This document shows positions 52,587-64,000 of a stretch of DNA of 64,000 nt, in pieces. The stretch's first letter is position 1. The number at the start of each line of letters is the position of its first letter. The DNA lies in assembly GCA_002633005.1 (NCBI GenBank), contig NMRA01000892.1, forward strand, positions 44,460 to 108,459. The letters run 5' to 3'. The position numbers and the translations under genes are program-made. Below the pieces are notes generated by a model that saw only the letters and a program-made list of their open reading frames with translations, searched no databases and was not told where the DNA came from. Source of the stretch: Phoronis australis (Eukaryota > Animalia > Phoronida).

Positions 52587-54615
52587 TTATCACGCACTGA
52601 TGGCTGCACTGGTAGTTCTGGAAGACACAGGAGGGAACAAAGTAATGACTCTCCAAATAAAACTTGAAGAAAACAAGAAACGGGTACTTTCCCATCAGTG
52701 TCCACAATCATTGAAATAGCAAGAGGGAGATCTTTTTCATTAGTGCAGGTCTGCCTAATTTGCACACCCACGTCTGTTTATTAGATACCAAGCTCAGCAA
52801 CTCTCACAGTCAACCACTTGAGTCACGGGTTTTGCTGACGGAGAGCTGAAATATTGATTTCCTAAAAAATATGATACAGGTCATTTGCACACCAAGAACT
52901 ATTGTTGACTACGGTCACTACAGATCCAAGTGCATACATGAAGTCGGTCAGTAGTCGAATCATTGACCTTTGAGCCTAACTATGACCACGCAGTAGACTT
53001 GAGTTAATGAATAATCACAAGATGGCATCCTCCAGGTAGACAAGTTAACTGAACGATTTGGGTCATAAATTTCTGAAAAAAATCAATCAGTTGTATGGCA
53101 ACCTAAACATGCAAACTTTAAATGGGTAACATGTTGAAATTCCTTATTAAATAGAGTAGGCTGCTTAACTATGTAAGCAGGTTATTTGATTCTTAATTTA
53201 TTCACTGTATGAAACAACCAGACAGTGTTCACAGTTAAGAATTTAGGTTACATTTATGTGCTTAACCGGCTTAAAAAAACTTCCATTGAAGCTCTCCATA
53301 AAGGAGTACTTCAGCAAACTTCTATGAGCTGGGAAACTTATTTTCCAAGCGAAACTTATTTGCCTAAATTACCGTGAGACGTGATTTTGAATCGCTTCCG
53401 AGTTCTGGTTTTGTGCTGTTTAAAACTTCTCAACTTCAAACTCGTATACAACAAGTATGAGAAGGTTAAATAAGCCAAAAACACGACGAATGAACTTCAC
53501 TCTGGATATAGTACAAACACAGAAAACTAGAACGGTTAAATGGCCTTTGATTTCTCACTTCTGACAGGGGCAAAAATCTTAACAACACCACACGTCTTGC
53601 TCGTACTCGTAATAGTTTATTTGTAGATCTGTAAATGTCCCAACGTAATAGTATACTGCGTCCCTTGCTGCGCGCTAGCAATAGCATTTTAATCTAGATG
53701 CACATGCTAGTTCGGCTTTTCAGCGAAATAATAGGCAAAATAAGGTAAAAACATTTGGAAAGGCAGTGTCAGTTATATCTTCGTTCATTCATTTTAATAT
53801 AAAGTTATCAACATAACATTATCAGTGGCGGATCTAGGATATCACAAGGGGGGCCCAACATTTTGGCCGGCTGTAAGCATTTGCGCAAACTGAACCACGA
53901 TTGCAGATGCACCGAATGGGGGAGATCGGGAGGGGGTTTTCCCCCCTCCCACCCAGGAAATTTTTCTGTTTTTACCTCTAAAAATCAAGCATTTTCCTTG
54001 ATTCCTGAAGTACTATCCAAGAAAGAAAAAAAAAACACGGAGAACGTGTCAAACAGGAAAAACTACAATTACCAAAGACTCGAAATCACGACCTCGCGGA
54101 TAGAGCGCGGGTGCGTTACCAGTACACCACCACGACTTCACTACTAATCTCCTCACTTGTTTATGGTCCACAGCGTTTGCGCGCGAAACCTACTTCTTTT
54201 TGTAATGCTCAGTACACTTTTATATTTTGTGCCATCAATTCTTGACAAATTTGTCGTATTTAAAATAGTCATCAAATGCCCAAAAAGACCAAATCCGTTT
54301 TTCGTGTTGGAAATCGTCTTAAGATAAGGTTTGACAAAGAGAGTATTGCGAGTTTCTGAGTGATTCACTAAGGCCTCGATTAAAATTCATATCTTACCAG
54401 CAGCTTCTGTTTTTTCATCGTCTCTCAGGTTCCATTTTCTTTAACAAATGAAGTAGATTTTCTTCATTGCACAGTGGAGCAGACGACGGAAACGGAGTCG
54501 TAGTGCGCAGCGCCACTACCGGTCGCCTGGGAAATCGCAGGAGAGCCTATGCCAGACATATAGTTCACTTACGAATGCGCCGTGTTCCGAATATGACACG
54601 TGAATTTGGATTTGA

Positions 54616-54813
54616 NNNNNNNNNNNNNNNNNNNNNNNNNNNNNNNNNNNNNNNNNNNNNNNNNNNNNNNNNNNNNNNNNNNNNNNNNNNNNNNNNNNNN
54701 NNNNNNNNNNNNNNNNNNNNNNNNNNNNNNNNNNNNNNNNNNNNNNNNNNNNNNNNNNNNNNNNNNNNNNNNNNNNNNNNNNNNNNNNNNNNNNNNNNNN
54801 NNNNNNNNNNNNN
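54616..54813. other. Assembly gap (N run)
   Basis: Run of N. Confidence 1.
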
Positions 54814-55111
54814 CCCGAACTGCCAAATGGTATCTGGTAGAATTTTAGGGGGGCCATGGCCCTCTTGCCCCCCGCCCCCCTAAATCTGCCACTGCAAGAC
54901 GAGTATTATCATATATATTTCTTTAGAGTTATAGACTGTAAGAATTAATGACGTATTGCAAGCTTAGATTCATTAAGACTAATGTGACGTCTTATCGGCT
55001 AAACTCTAGAATGACGACAGAGTGATGAGAGCGTGCGCCAGAACCGATAGAGTCACTTCAGTGTGATAAACATTTGGGCAGAAAATGTGATTAGTTTGAG
55101 CTTAAATGTCT

Positions 55112-55258
55112 TCATATCGTCCCTACATATATTTTATATCGTCCCCACATATACTTTATATCCCCCTCAGGCCGTCCGGCCTACATATACTTTTAGCGTC
55201 CCTACATGTACCTTATGACGCCCCTACATGTACCTTATGACGCCCCAACATGTACTTA
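55112..55258. repeat. Degenerate ~22-bp minisatellite (cgtccctacatatactttata-like)
   Basis: About 6 diverged tandem units. Confidence 0.8.
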
Positions 55259-57138
55259 ATTTATAATTGTTCTTTTGTCTTAATTGTGCTGTCTCCTTGC
55301 GTATATTGGCAAGTTGATAACTTTCTGGAAATCGACGTAGGTCTAGAAACTCGTGTGTGCAATCCACGCAAATATTTCAGGAATTTTACGTAAGTTGTGT
55401 ACATGGAGTCAATCATTGTTGTCAACGCAAGGTGACTTATTCATTGTAATGTATATTATGATAAAAAACATCCTGAACTAAGCACAGAGTACAAACATTC
55501 GCTATGTCTAGTTTTCAAACCTTATATAAATCTTATACTGAATTATCAGAAATATAGGTTAAAAACCCTGAAGCCAAGAACGGCCTTGAAAAGGACATGG
55601 GATTTATTTAGTATAAGGAAATTATCTCCTCAGCGCTGCAATAGACTACAGTGTAGTAAGGGTGGGCTGTGCGACAATTTTGTAACAACATACAAATCCA
55701 CACAATAAAGATTCATAAAATAATTTGACAAAATCCCAAGACTCTTCTCTCAGACACCAAAATTGGCGAAGTTGAAAAGCCCATACCTCGTTCATAAAGG
55801 CTTCGTTTTGTCGGTTAATCAATCTTAGAACCCCTGTACCTATTAATAAACGGGGTTTTTATTTCTTATTTACCGGGGAGTTACTTTTAAAATATACTCT
55901 GAAACGTAAGCATTTAAGTACTCTTGCGATTTTTGTCACTTTCTTTAAAGCTGTATGACCGTCAACCTATATAATCCATATGTAAAATATAATTGCCATG
56001 TTGCTAATTAATCAGTGCACACATAGCATGTCATGCAGGGGCCACTGTGGTTTAACAGCAATTCTCTTTGACTTACATCAACAAATAACAATGTATTCTT
56101 CTTGCGGTTCTCGATTACACACGAAAACGTCGCCCCTGTTCTTATCCTTTGCGACCTTGATAAGTACATGGATTGAATAATCCTTATTCACACACTTCAC
56201 TTCACGCTATGCGCGTTCTCCCTAGCCGTGTTCAGTACTCTGAGGTTAAATGTATTGTTCGCACCTTACGAGGTAATTGTGGGGCTATTGTGAACCGTTT
56301 TTAAATTTCGTGCAAGCATGGGTCACCGGTCCAATAATACATTACAAACATAATACTTAAAATATTTACGTTGGACTTCTATGTGAACTGTCTTGATTGC
56401 AAACATGCTTAACTTTTTACAGAAAGACTAGTGTATATAGTACATCAGTAACAACAAGCACTTAGTTGTCTACGATAGTCCTATAACAAACACCGGATAA
56501 CATATGAACCTTGCCTTCTGTCTCAAATATCGAGCTGCATTAATTTTTTACAGGATGTACAAATTTCTTTTTGCGCCTCTCTGCCATATTGGATTTCAAG
56601 AAAATGATTTGAACGGCAAAGTTTTTTAAAAAAATTTTCTGGTATCAACATATTTTAAGATCTTCAAGTGTATATAAGTCACACGTCGCACCATTTTTGC
56701 ACGAATCTCGGACACTGTCTGTTTTCAGTGAATATTTTAATAAAAACATCGCCAATATTGTGTTGTTGCCAAGCATAACCATTGTGACCAATGTCGTCTA
56801 ACCTTTTCAACATATTAAATCTTTCAGTTTCAGCTGATATTTTATACCTCTTTTAAAATATCAACCGTCCCGGCACGCCCCCCCCCACACCCTCTCCCCA
56901 TCTCTTCTTAAAAGAAGTTTGCAAAATTTAGGAAAAAGTTTCATCACAGCGCTTCAAATTTTTATGAACCCCCCCTGAATTTTAACCGCAAGTAACTCAT
57001 AAAACATCCACGAGGAGGTGCGTGTCCCTGTGCGCAGTGTGGAAAACCCCGCGTGTCCCTCGAAGCCAGTTACGTCAACAACACTGTTGTTAGAAATACG
57101 AGCGCTACTTTTTAGTTACCATCCAGGAGAGGTTTGCC

Positions 57139-57186
57139 ATGGAGGTAGGCGGGACAGTGGTCAACGTGGGCACAAGAACATCGAAG
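57139..57186 (+). CDS. HMBS: Porphobilinogen deaminase (hydroxymethylbilane synthase), coding exon 1
   Basis: gccATGG start; MEVGGTVVNVGTRTSK|gtaaag matches the conserved IRVGTRKSQ/K motif. Confidence 0.88.
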
Positions 57187-57374
57187 GTAAAGCAGACATA
57201 TTAGATTAGAAAGTTTCCTTACTAACATTTGAGGGAACAATACTAACCCATAAAGGTTGTGTGTATTAGAGCGCATTCACGGACGAGGGTGAGACACTAG
57301 TCATGTTGAAGTGATTGGCGAGCCTGCAAACTCGGAGTGCGAGAATTTGTAAAACCTTTGCAATGGTGATGGTT

Positions 57375-58138
57375 CAGGGCCGTAGGGAGCGGGGGGCACC
57401 GGCCCCCCCAAAAAAATGTATGCGTCATGGTTAAACCGTGGCAACCGACATAAGCGTGGGGCCGCGGCCAGTCGAGAAAAGACTGCAAAAACGGATGAGA
57501 AAAAATTCAAGAGAACATTTGGCAACTCAATGTCAATGCATGGTTATACTGTGAGTGCCCTGGCTAGGACATTGTTGTTAGTGTCTCCGTTTTTGCAGCA
57601 TAGGTCGTCTAAACGCACTTATAAACGTGCACTTATATGTATTTCGAAAAATCGAGAACATTTCAAATTCAATAAGACAATATTGCAAATGCAAAACTAT
57701 ATTTTTCCAGAGGCTTCTACGGATAACGGAGACGACTTTCGCTCTATTTTTTTCTCGAAATTGTATATCACTTGAGAAAGATTGATGACCTGACAGACAA
57801 CATCAATTACTGCGCATTTCCTGATCTTTAAAAATATATGTCTTTTCACATTTAGGGGCCCAGCCATTGAAGGGTGCCATTCGTGACATTCAAGTGGCCA
57901 CATTTTCCGTTTTTATTGACAAACAAAAATTATTCTTAAGGGACCGCTGACGGAAAGAGGACCCAATGTTGGCATCGATTACCTCTATTTTCCTGTTTTT
58001 TGTATATCGAACAACCGGATGTTGAGGGAGGTCTTTTCTTGCGGGGTCACACGACAATGGAATAAAATGTCACTTTTTTTCAAGCTTAATGATGTTTAGC
58101 CTTTCATCTTCAGGTGTCCCATTTCAGACGGTACACTG
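57375..58138 (+). mobile_element. Copy of the 676-1489 non-autonomous DNA transposon in HMBS intron 1
   Basis: Reverse-complement match to 676-1489. Confidence 0.75.
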
Positions 58139-58704
58139 CCAAGTGTTCACGAGGGAAAGTCGAGATTCCAAATTCATCAAAAACACAAAACGTTCGTGCA
58201 CAGCAGTATCAAAGCATTCGAATCAATAAACCAAAATGTAAAAAAATACAATAAGATTGACAGCCATGGAAAAGGTGGAATTTTGAAGAACGTGAAGACC
58301 ACTATTTGTGAATTATACAAAGTGACTATTGCCCACGGTTATTTATAACATAGTGTTCCCTTTGTACCACAGTATCACAAGAATTGTATTTCTTTTGAAT
58401 ATCATTACTAGGAGTTGTTTGTAATGAATTCGCACATGTCGAACAAGCTATCGGGGCTACGATTTGTGATGATCACGTACATCTCGAACGGGGGTACTCA
58501 AAGTACTCGCAATCATAAATAAAGATTTCAGCGTTTTTTTGAAGTTCAAGTTTAACTCGTGAACCGTTGTGGGTACCTATAAATTGAGCAAAGAATACAC
58601 CTAATACGAATGCTCCATCTCCCATGTTCCCCCGGTTACTCGCCAAAAATCTGCAAGCAAGCCTGTGGAAATTGCTTATAACATTCCGTTTTGATAAACA
58701 AATT

Positions 58705-59365
58705 CGTTGCTTTCTGATTTACATGTTTAGGTATATAGGAAAATCGACAGATTCATAGATTACTTTTGCGATTAAAAGCTAATCTGGTAAAAATTCGTGA
58801 TGTTTCAGTGAATTAAGTTGCAGCCTGAAGTTGGAAAAACTCAATAAGTCTATACCCAAACAGTAAAGTACATTTAGACGAGTTTTGCGTATCTAAAATA
58901 ACTGCCAAAGACATTGATGAAATTCGGACAGTTCCCAAAAGTATACTCACAAATGGCAATAAATTCATTGCTTTTTGGAATTAGGCACAAAATTTTGTTT
59001 TTTAAACTCACAAACAGCAGATCAAAAAGGAATTAAGTCATAAAATCAAAGTAAACGCGCTGCTCATGGAATGATTGTTGGTTTCTGATTTACATGTTTA
59101 TGCTACGAAAATTGAATGACTGATAGATTATTAATCGTGAAAGAAATGGCGATGCTTCACTGAACTTAGTTGCAAGTTGACACTGGAAAATTTCGATCTA
59201 TCATCAGATCCTCAAATAGCAAAGTACACTAAGCGATGGATACTTATGAATGTCGCAAAATTTTCCTCACAATTCAACTGGCAATAAATTGTTTGACTTA
59301 GGAACTACATCAGTGGTTAAAATTCACAAACTGTTGATCGAAAAAGAAGTTTAAGTCAAATAAAT
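58705..59365. repeat. Old ~370-bp tandem duplication
   Basis: gttg.tttctgatttacatgttta...atagatta...tggcaataaatt...tcacaaac.g..gatc.aaaa.gaa occurs twice. Confidence 0.6.
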
Positions 59366-60270
59366 AGAATTAAACTCATTGCTTATTAATTTAGAAAGAT
59401 TGTCTTTGCACTTCGTTGATGTTTTTAGTTTCCAGTAGTATTGGGCAGTGAATGTTTGTTCTTCAAAACTGTCTCGTTGGCTTGCCATTCCCGTGCATAC
59501 TACACAGACGGAGCGCGTCATGACTGACGTACCCACGTTAAAAATCATGTGTTATCATGCAGTAGTCCCGCGTAGAATATGAGTGATCCATGGGAACTGA
59601 ATTTGAACTCCAAGCGTTGAAGTGTGTACATTTTGGTACGCAATCTGTATCATTTTCCACAGATACCAGAAATTGGACTACCGGCCGTGTTTCAACAAGG
59701 AATTTTGAAACAACCCAGAGGCAAAAACTTGGGACCTCGGGACTTCACCTTTTCAAAAATTCCTTCAGAGAATGACCATAATAAAACGATTTTTCCCGAA
59801 ACTGGATTATGTTAAAACGGATATTGACCTTAGAAGCAGCACAGACGGATATGTAGGAGCTAGGATGCCTGTCTCAAGTGTACCATAGCTGAGCTTAGCG
59901 ACTAGCCTGGTTTTCCGAATTTCGTACTTTCACAATGTTAGATCTCAGCTCCAATTTCTTGAGACAGTTCCCAGCTGCCAGTCTGCGCACTGGCCCTAGG
60001 CCGAGCCTAACTCTCCATGAAAATTTTGTTGGGTCACGGTTTACTCAAATCCTGATGGCTGCACCCTCGGGATTGCCCCCCAAACCTTATACAAATATGT
60101 CGGAATCCGGAGGACGGGGAGGGGGGGGGCAGGTGGTGGCTATAGGAAGGGATGGTAGTTCGGCAATATTTTTTGCTTTCCTTTGGGCCTGTGGTTACAC
60201 GGGTAGCTGTGGTGGTGGTTATGAATGTATCGTGGATTATAACTATGAAGACTACTCCTTTTAGTATATA

Positions 60271-60453
60271 AAATGATCACTTACTTAGAGACGTGGTTGG
60301 TTGTTAGCAGAACCACCTGGTTCGCCAGGTCTTTGTCGATGAATAAGGGATTTCCCGCCTTTAGCTCGGGAAATCCCTTATTCATCGACAAAGACCTGGC
60401 GAACCAGGTGGGTCTGCTAACAACCAACCACTTCTCTAAGTAAGTGATCATTT
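60271..60453. repeat. Near-perfect 183-bp palindrome (87-bp arms, 9-nt loop), palindromic MITE in TA-rich site
   Basis: Arms 60271-60357 and 60367-60453 with two mismatches seen. Confidence 0.92.
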
Positions 60454-61012
60454 AATATATTACAATGCCTCTAGAGACCAATTACGACTGCAAGACTACT
60501 TCTCTGAGGAATGCTAGCCCTTGTTTTATTTTTATCTCACAAAAGCTCCCCGATCTACACTAAAATAAATGCAATAAAACACAGAGATTATGTATTACTG
60601 ATTTTCCCCCTTTCGCTACACTTGCCCATTCGAAAAATCTTTCTTGCAAACTCTTACGGCAAGATTGCTGCAAACGTTTCTGCTAGTTTACAGGTTTGCA
60701 AACAAGTTGCGGCAATATGTTGCCGCGAACCCTTGCAGACTTTGAAACTGGTTTGCCTCACACAAAATTGCAAATATGCTTCAAGCTTTTCGCATGTTTA
60801 CAGCAGTATCCTCGCCGCTGAAAACTTGGTGTTTTCGATGTGTTTAAGAAGCTTTCGTCATCTGCTGGGGCGCCTGAGAGACAACAACTGAGTTTATTGG
60901 CCTGGGCACGTTTAGTGCAACGTTTGTCTCAGGCAGTGTGCATTTTTTATTTCAGTACTACCTTTAGTCTGCTTCGTAGTCACACCGGCACGTATTGTTT
61001 TACTAATATCAG

Positions 61013-61341
61013 GGCCCTGGGTCAAATATTTTTACTCGAAATTAAGTTTTCACTTCCTGTTCTACTTTAATTTGTTTAAATTTAAGATAAGTGTCTATAA
61101 TTCTATGCTCCAGTACATAATGGCTTATGTGAGTAACTTTTAAATCATACTTTTTACTTGCTGACGCCAGCATTGAGGTTATATTTCGAGTGTTTACTCG
61201 AAATCTCGAGTTTTTACTCGAATGCATAAACCATGATATAGATTAAAACTCACTTATTTTGAGTTCGCGAACAAGTAGAACAGAACTTACCTAAAATTAT
61301 TTTGAGTTCCATTTCTTAGTACAAAGATTAATTCCCCGGCC
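61013..61341. mobile_element. Harbinger-type MITE (same family style as 24743-25150)
   Basis: ggccctgggtcaaatatttttactcgaaa / agtacaaagattaattccccggcc termini with CAG/CTG flanks; internal actcga motifs. Confidence 0.55.
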
Positions 61342-61579
61342 CTGGTCAGCGCGACTCAGTCAAAAAAGTAATTCATGGTATAATTTTAACTTAATAAATA
61401 ATTAAAGTACCTTTGTTGATAACTTTGGTTAACTGAGTACATGTGTCAGCCGGGTCTTCATACATCTATACGTATGGTGCGAATGAAACTCAATAGGCTC
61501 TTAAATAATTATTACTAAATTGCATTACCCTGTCTTTGTTATTTATAACGCATTTCGTATTTTATTTCTTCCATTGTAG

Positions 61580-61652
61580 CTCGCGCTTATCCAAACGAAC
61601 CAAGTAGTAGACCACCTGAAAACGTTTTACCCAGAAATAACGATCAACGTAG
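61580..61652 (+). CDS. HMBS: HMBS coding exon 2
   Basis: tgtag/gtacga, 73 bp: LALIQTNQVVDHLKTFYPEITINV. Confidence 0.93.
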
Positions 61653-62186
61653 GTACGACTGGCTGATTTTGTTGTTTTTATCTTGCTTATAGACCTTTCG
61701 GTGGAGTAGTTTCATCACTGCTATGATATCGTAATGGAAACAGTAGGCTTATTCTATGCAATTTCTTGAGGTTGCAATGCGTAATCTGGACAAATTTGCT
61801 ACTCAACGTCCCAGGTTAATACCCTATTTCCGGCTGGTTTATCCAATGTGTAACTTATGACTACTACCAAAATTTCAGTTGAGAGTTTTGGCTACTTTCT
61901 GTGAGACTTGGTCTATATCCACGTGTGTACCTGTGTGCTTATAAGCTGTTCGTCAAAACCTAATACAATCCTGAACCAAAGATGCTCGTAGGGAGACGAG
62001 CGCCAATAGGGGCGACCTAGAATTATTCACCAAGCAGAGTCAAAATGTTTACTTTCGGCCACTTTACGAGTCTTTAGCGCTTATTGGCACTTTTTCTGAA
62101 TAGATGAAAAGACTACCATCTTTTAAAAACTTTTTCAACTTTTTCAGTGCAAGGCACTTTTTTGATTTTGTTCATATATTTTTCAG

Positions 62187-62236
62187 TTTCCATATCAACG
62201 ACAGGTGATAGCATCCTCGATGTTGCTGTGTCAAAG
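62187..62236 (+). CDS. HMBS: HMBS coding exon 3
   Basis: tttcag/gtaaca, 50 bp: (V)SISTTGDSILDVAVSK. Confidence 0.95.
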
Positions 62237-62599
62237 GTAACAAGTTGATTATATAAGACAGTTGTTAGTGCCTCTGAACTAGTAACAAGTGTGTATCATG
62301 GAAAAGTAATAAACATTGATGACCGTTCGGTTATGAAATATTTATAGACACCTAGTATTATGCATACGGGGATGTTAACCACGAAAGACTTTTCTCTTAA
62401 CTAGACGAAATCTTGAGATTGCGAAACATTCTGTTTTCTAAATTATCATAAAAACAAAGAAAATAATATCTTTGAGTGATGGGCTCAGGAGATAGTGTTC
62501 ACAGTGTTCAGTTGACAAGTCTGCCACACGTATTCTCATCATTTTGTTTTTGCAATGAATGGAAACATTTTGCTGTTATTGCTACTTTCTTCTTGTTAG

Positions 62600-62733
62600 A
62601 TTGGTGAGAAGGGCGCGTTTACTAAAAATTTAGAAAGTGCCTTAGAGAACAACATAATTGACCTGGCGGTACACTCACTGAAAGATTTACCAGCCACGCT
62701 CCATGATGGTCTTGCTGTCGGAGCCATACTCAA
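62600..62733 (+). CDS. HMBS: HMBS coding exon 4 (catalytic HSLKD motif)
   Basis: 134 bp: [44 protein letters not shown](K). Confidence 0.97.
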
Positions 62734-63284
62734 GTGAGATATTCTTTATAATGTATTTAAAGAACAACTACAATTTTAAAGATCTTTGAACATCCGCTCA
62801 TTGTTCAGGACAAGACTAAAATTAGGTACAGGAATGAATTCAACCGCCGTCATTCCTGAAACCCAGCTAGGGTTCAAAGATAGGGAATTGTTACATTGAT
62901 ATTGACCCTAAGTATTTGGCTGTTGCCTACGTCTACGATAGTACAGTAGGCCAACTCAATGGAATAAAACATATCTTTAGGTTTTATATCTTCAACTAGA
63001 ATTCAACGGACTCAACGATCTTCATGCATGCTACATCAACTTGTGGTAACGGAGAATTTGTCAGGAAAATTTGTTATCAAATATCGTATCTGCTCTCTCT
63101 AAGACAACACCCATGCACTAAACGCCTCGTACGACGTAAACTGTTTTTACCATAAGTGATCGAAAAAACTGTCAGTGAGTGTTTTGTATACAGCATGTTA
63201 AAACGCTACCTAGGTCGCGATAACTTTGCGCAATATTCATCTTAATCACAATCACACTGAAATTGTGTTGTTTTAAACTTTCAG

Positions 63285-63362
63285 ACGAGAAAGTCCTTGT
63301 GATGCTGTCGTCATTCATCCCAAGTATAAAGATTTCACTTTAGAAACACTTCCCGCTAAAAG
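63285..63362 (+). CDS. HMBS: HMBS coding exon 5
   Basis: 78 bp: RESPCDAVVIHPKYKDFTLETLPAK(S); tttcag/gtgagt. Confidence 0.95.
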
Positions 63363-63583
63363 GTGAGTAGATCTGTCGACTATCCAAGAAACTCCGACGG
63401 GGATCCTGGGAGGCTTCCGAGGCCCCAAACCTGCTCGATCATTTTTGTGTTGTTGTTACCTCCCAGTACACCTGCTCGTTGCCCCACTTGCTGGGACCCT
63501 GGTTCTGTGCTTGCATTGGTGCACCAAAGCCGTTTAAAGATGCTACCCTGAGTCTTATCATTTATGACGTCATATATTTTCAG

Positions 63584-63659
63584 CGTAATTGGAACAAGCG
63601 CTTTGAGAAGAACAGCACAGCTGAAGCGAAGATACCCACATCTTATTTTTGAAGATGTT
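63584..63659 (+). CDS. HMBS: HMBS coding exon 6 (gene continues beyond window)
   Basis: 76 bp: VIGTSALRRTAQLKRRYPHLIFEDV, followed by GTATCCTT. Confidence 0.95.
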
Positions 63660-63667
63660 GTATCCTT
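63660..63667 (+). promoter_or_regulatory. U12-type (minor spliceosome) 5' splice site GTATCCTT
   Basis: Exact U12 donor consensus at the expected exon end. Confidence 0.85.
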
Positions 63668-63776
63668 ACATTTACAATTAGCCCATAATTTTCTATTCAT
63701 CTGCCCTTTTGTAGTAGCCCCAATTGTCTTCCACTTTATCATGGACCGGCAATATCATTGGCACTGTCGTCGTGAT

Positions 63777-64000
63777 CTCAATTTTCTTCATCACAATCAT
63801 CACAATCATCGCTATATAGTAACCAGGCTCATCATCAATTTTCTTCATCACAATCGTCACAATCATCGCTATATAGTAACCAGGCTCATCATCAATTTTC
63901 TTCATCACAATCGTCACAATCATCGCTATATAGTAACCAGGCTCATCATCAATTTTCTTCATCACAATCGTCACAATCATCGCTATATAGTAACCAGGCT
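63777..64000. repeat. 57-bp minisatellite, ~4 copies, truncated by window end
   Basis: caattttcttcatcacaatcgtcacaatcatcgctatatagtaaccaggctcatcat repeated. Confidence 0.95.

Noticed and set aside
54467-54883. ORFs spanning the N run
   Set aside because: Artefacts of the assembly gap.
63380-63980. Minus-strand ORFs 63380-63742 and 63693-63980
   Set aside because: One is antisense to HMBS exon 6 and the other is a translation of the 57-bp minisatellite.

Overview
AT-rich, repeat-dense eukaryotic genomic DNA, probably from a marine invertebrate. It has spliceosomal introns, one assembly gap at 54616-54813 and single Ns at 3690, 5743 and 30971. Almost none of the supplied ORFs are real genes. 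Three spliced host genes can be rebuilt by hand: (1) a small secreted PAN/apple-domain gene (- strand, 36500-34414, 3' end unresolved); (2) a complete 6-exon ZNF511 orthologue (- strand, 52586-43594, 226 aa); (3) head-to-head with it, the first six coding exons of porphobilinogen deaminase HMBS/hemC (+ strand, 57139-63659), ending at a U12-type GTATCCTT donor. The rest is nested DNA transposons (hAT-like with 5-bp TSDs, Harbinger-type, EnSpm-type), RTE-X-like LINE fragments, palindromic MITEs and minisatellites. The most unusual signal is a repeated unit (10705-11430 and 17575-~18800). It carries a decayed NON-histone PHD-finger ORF whose stop codon is followed by two tandem histone-mRNA 3' stem-loops and an HDE-like purine tract, and it is preceded by E2F and CCAAT motifs. 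This looks like a mobile-element gene wired for replication-dependent, histone-style expression.
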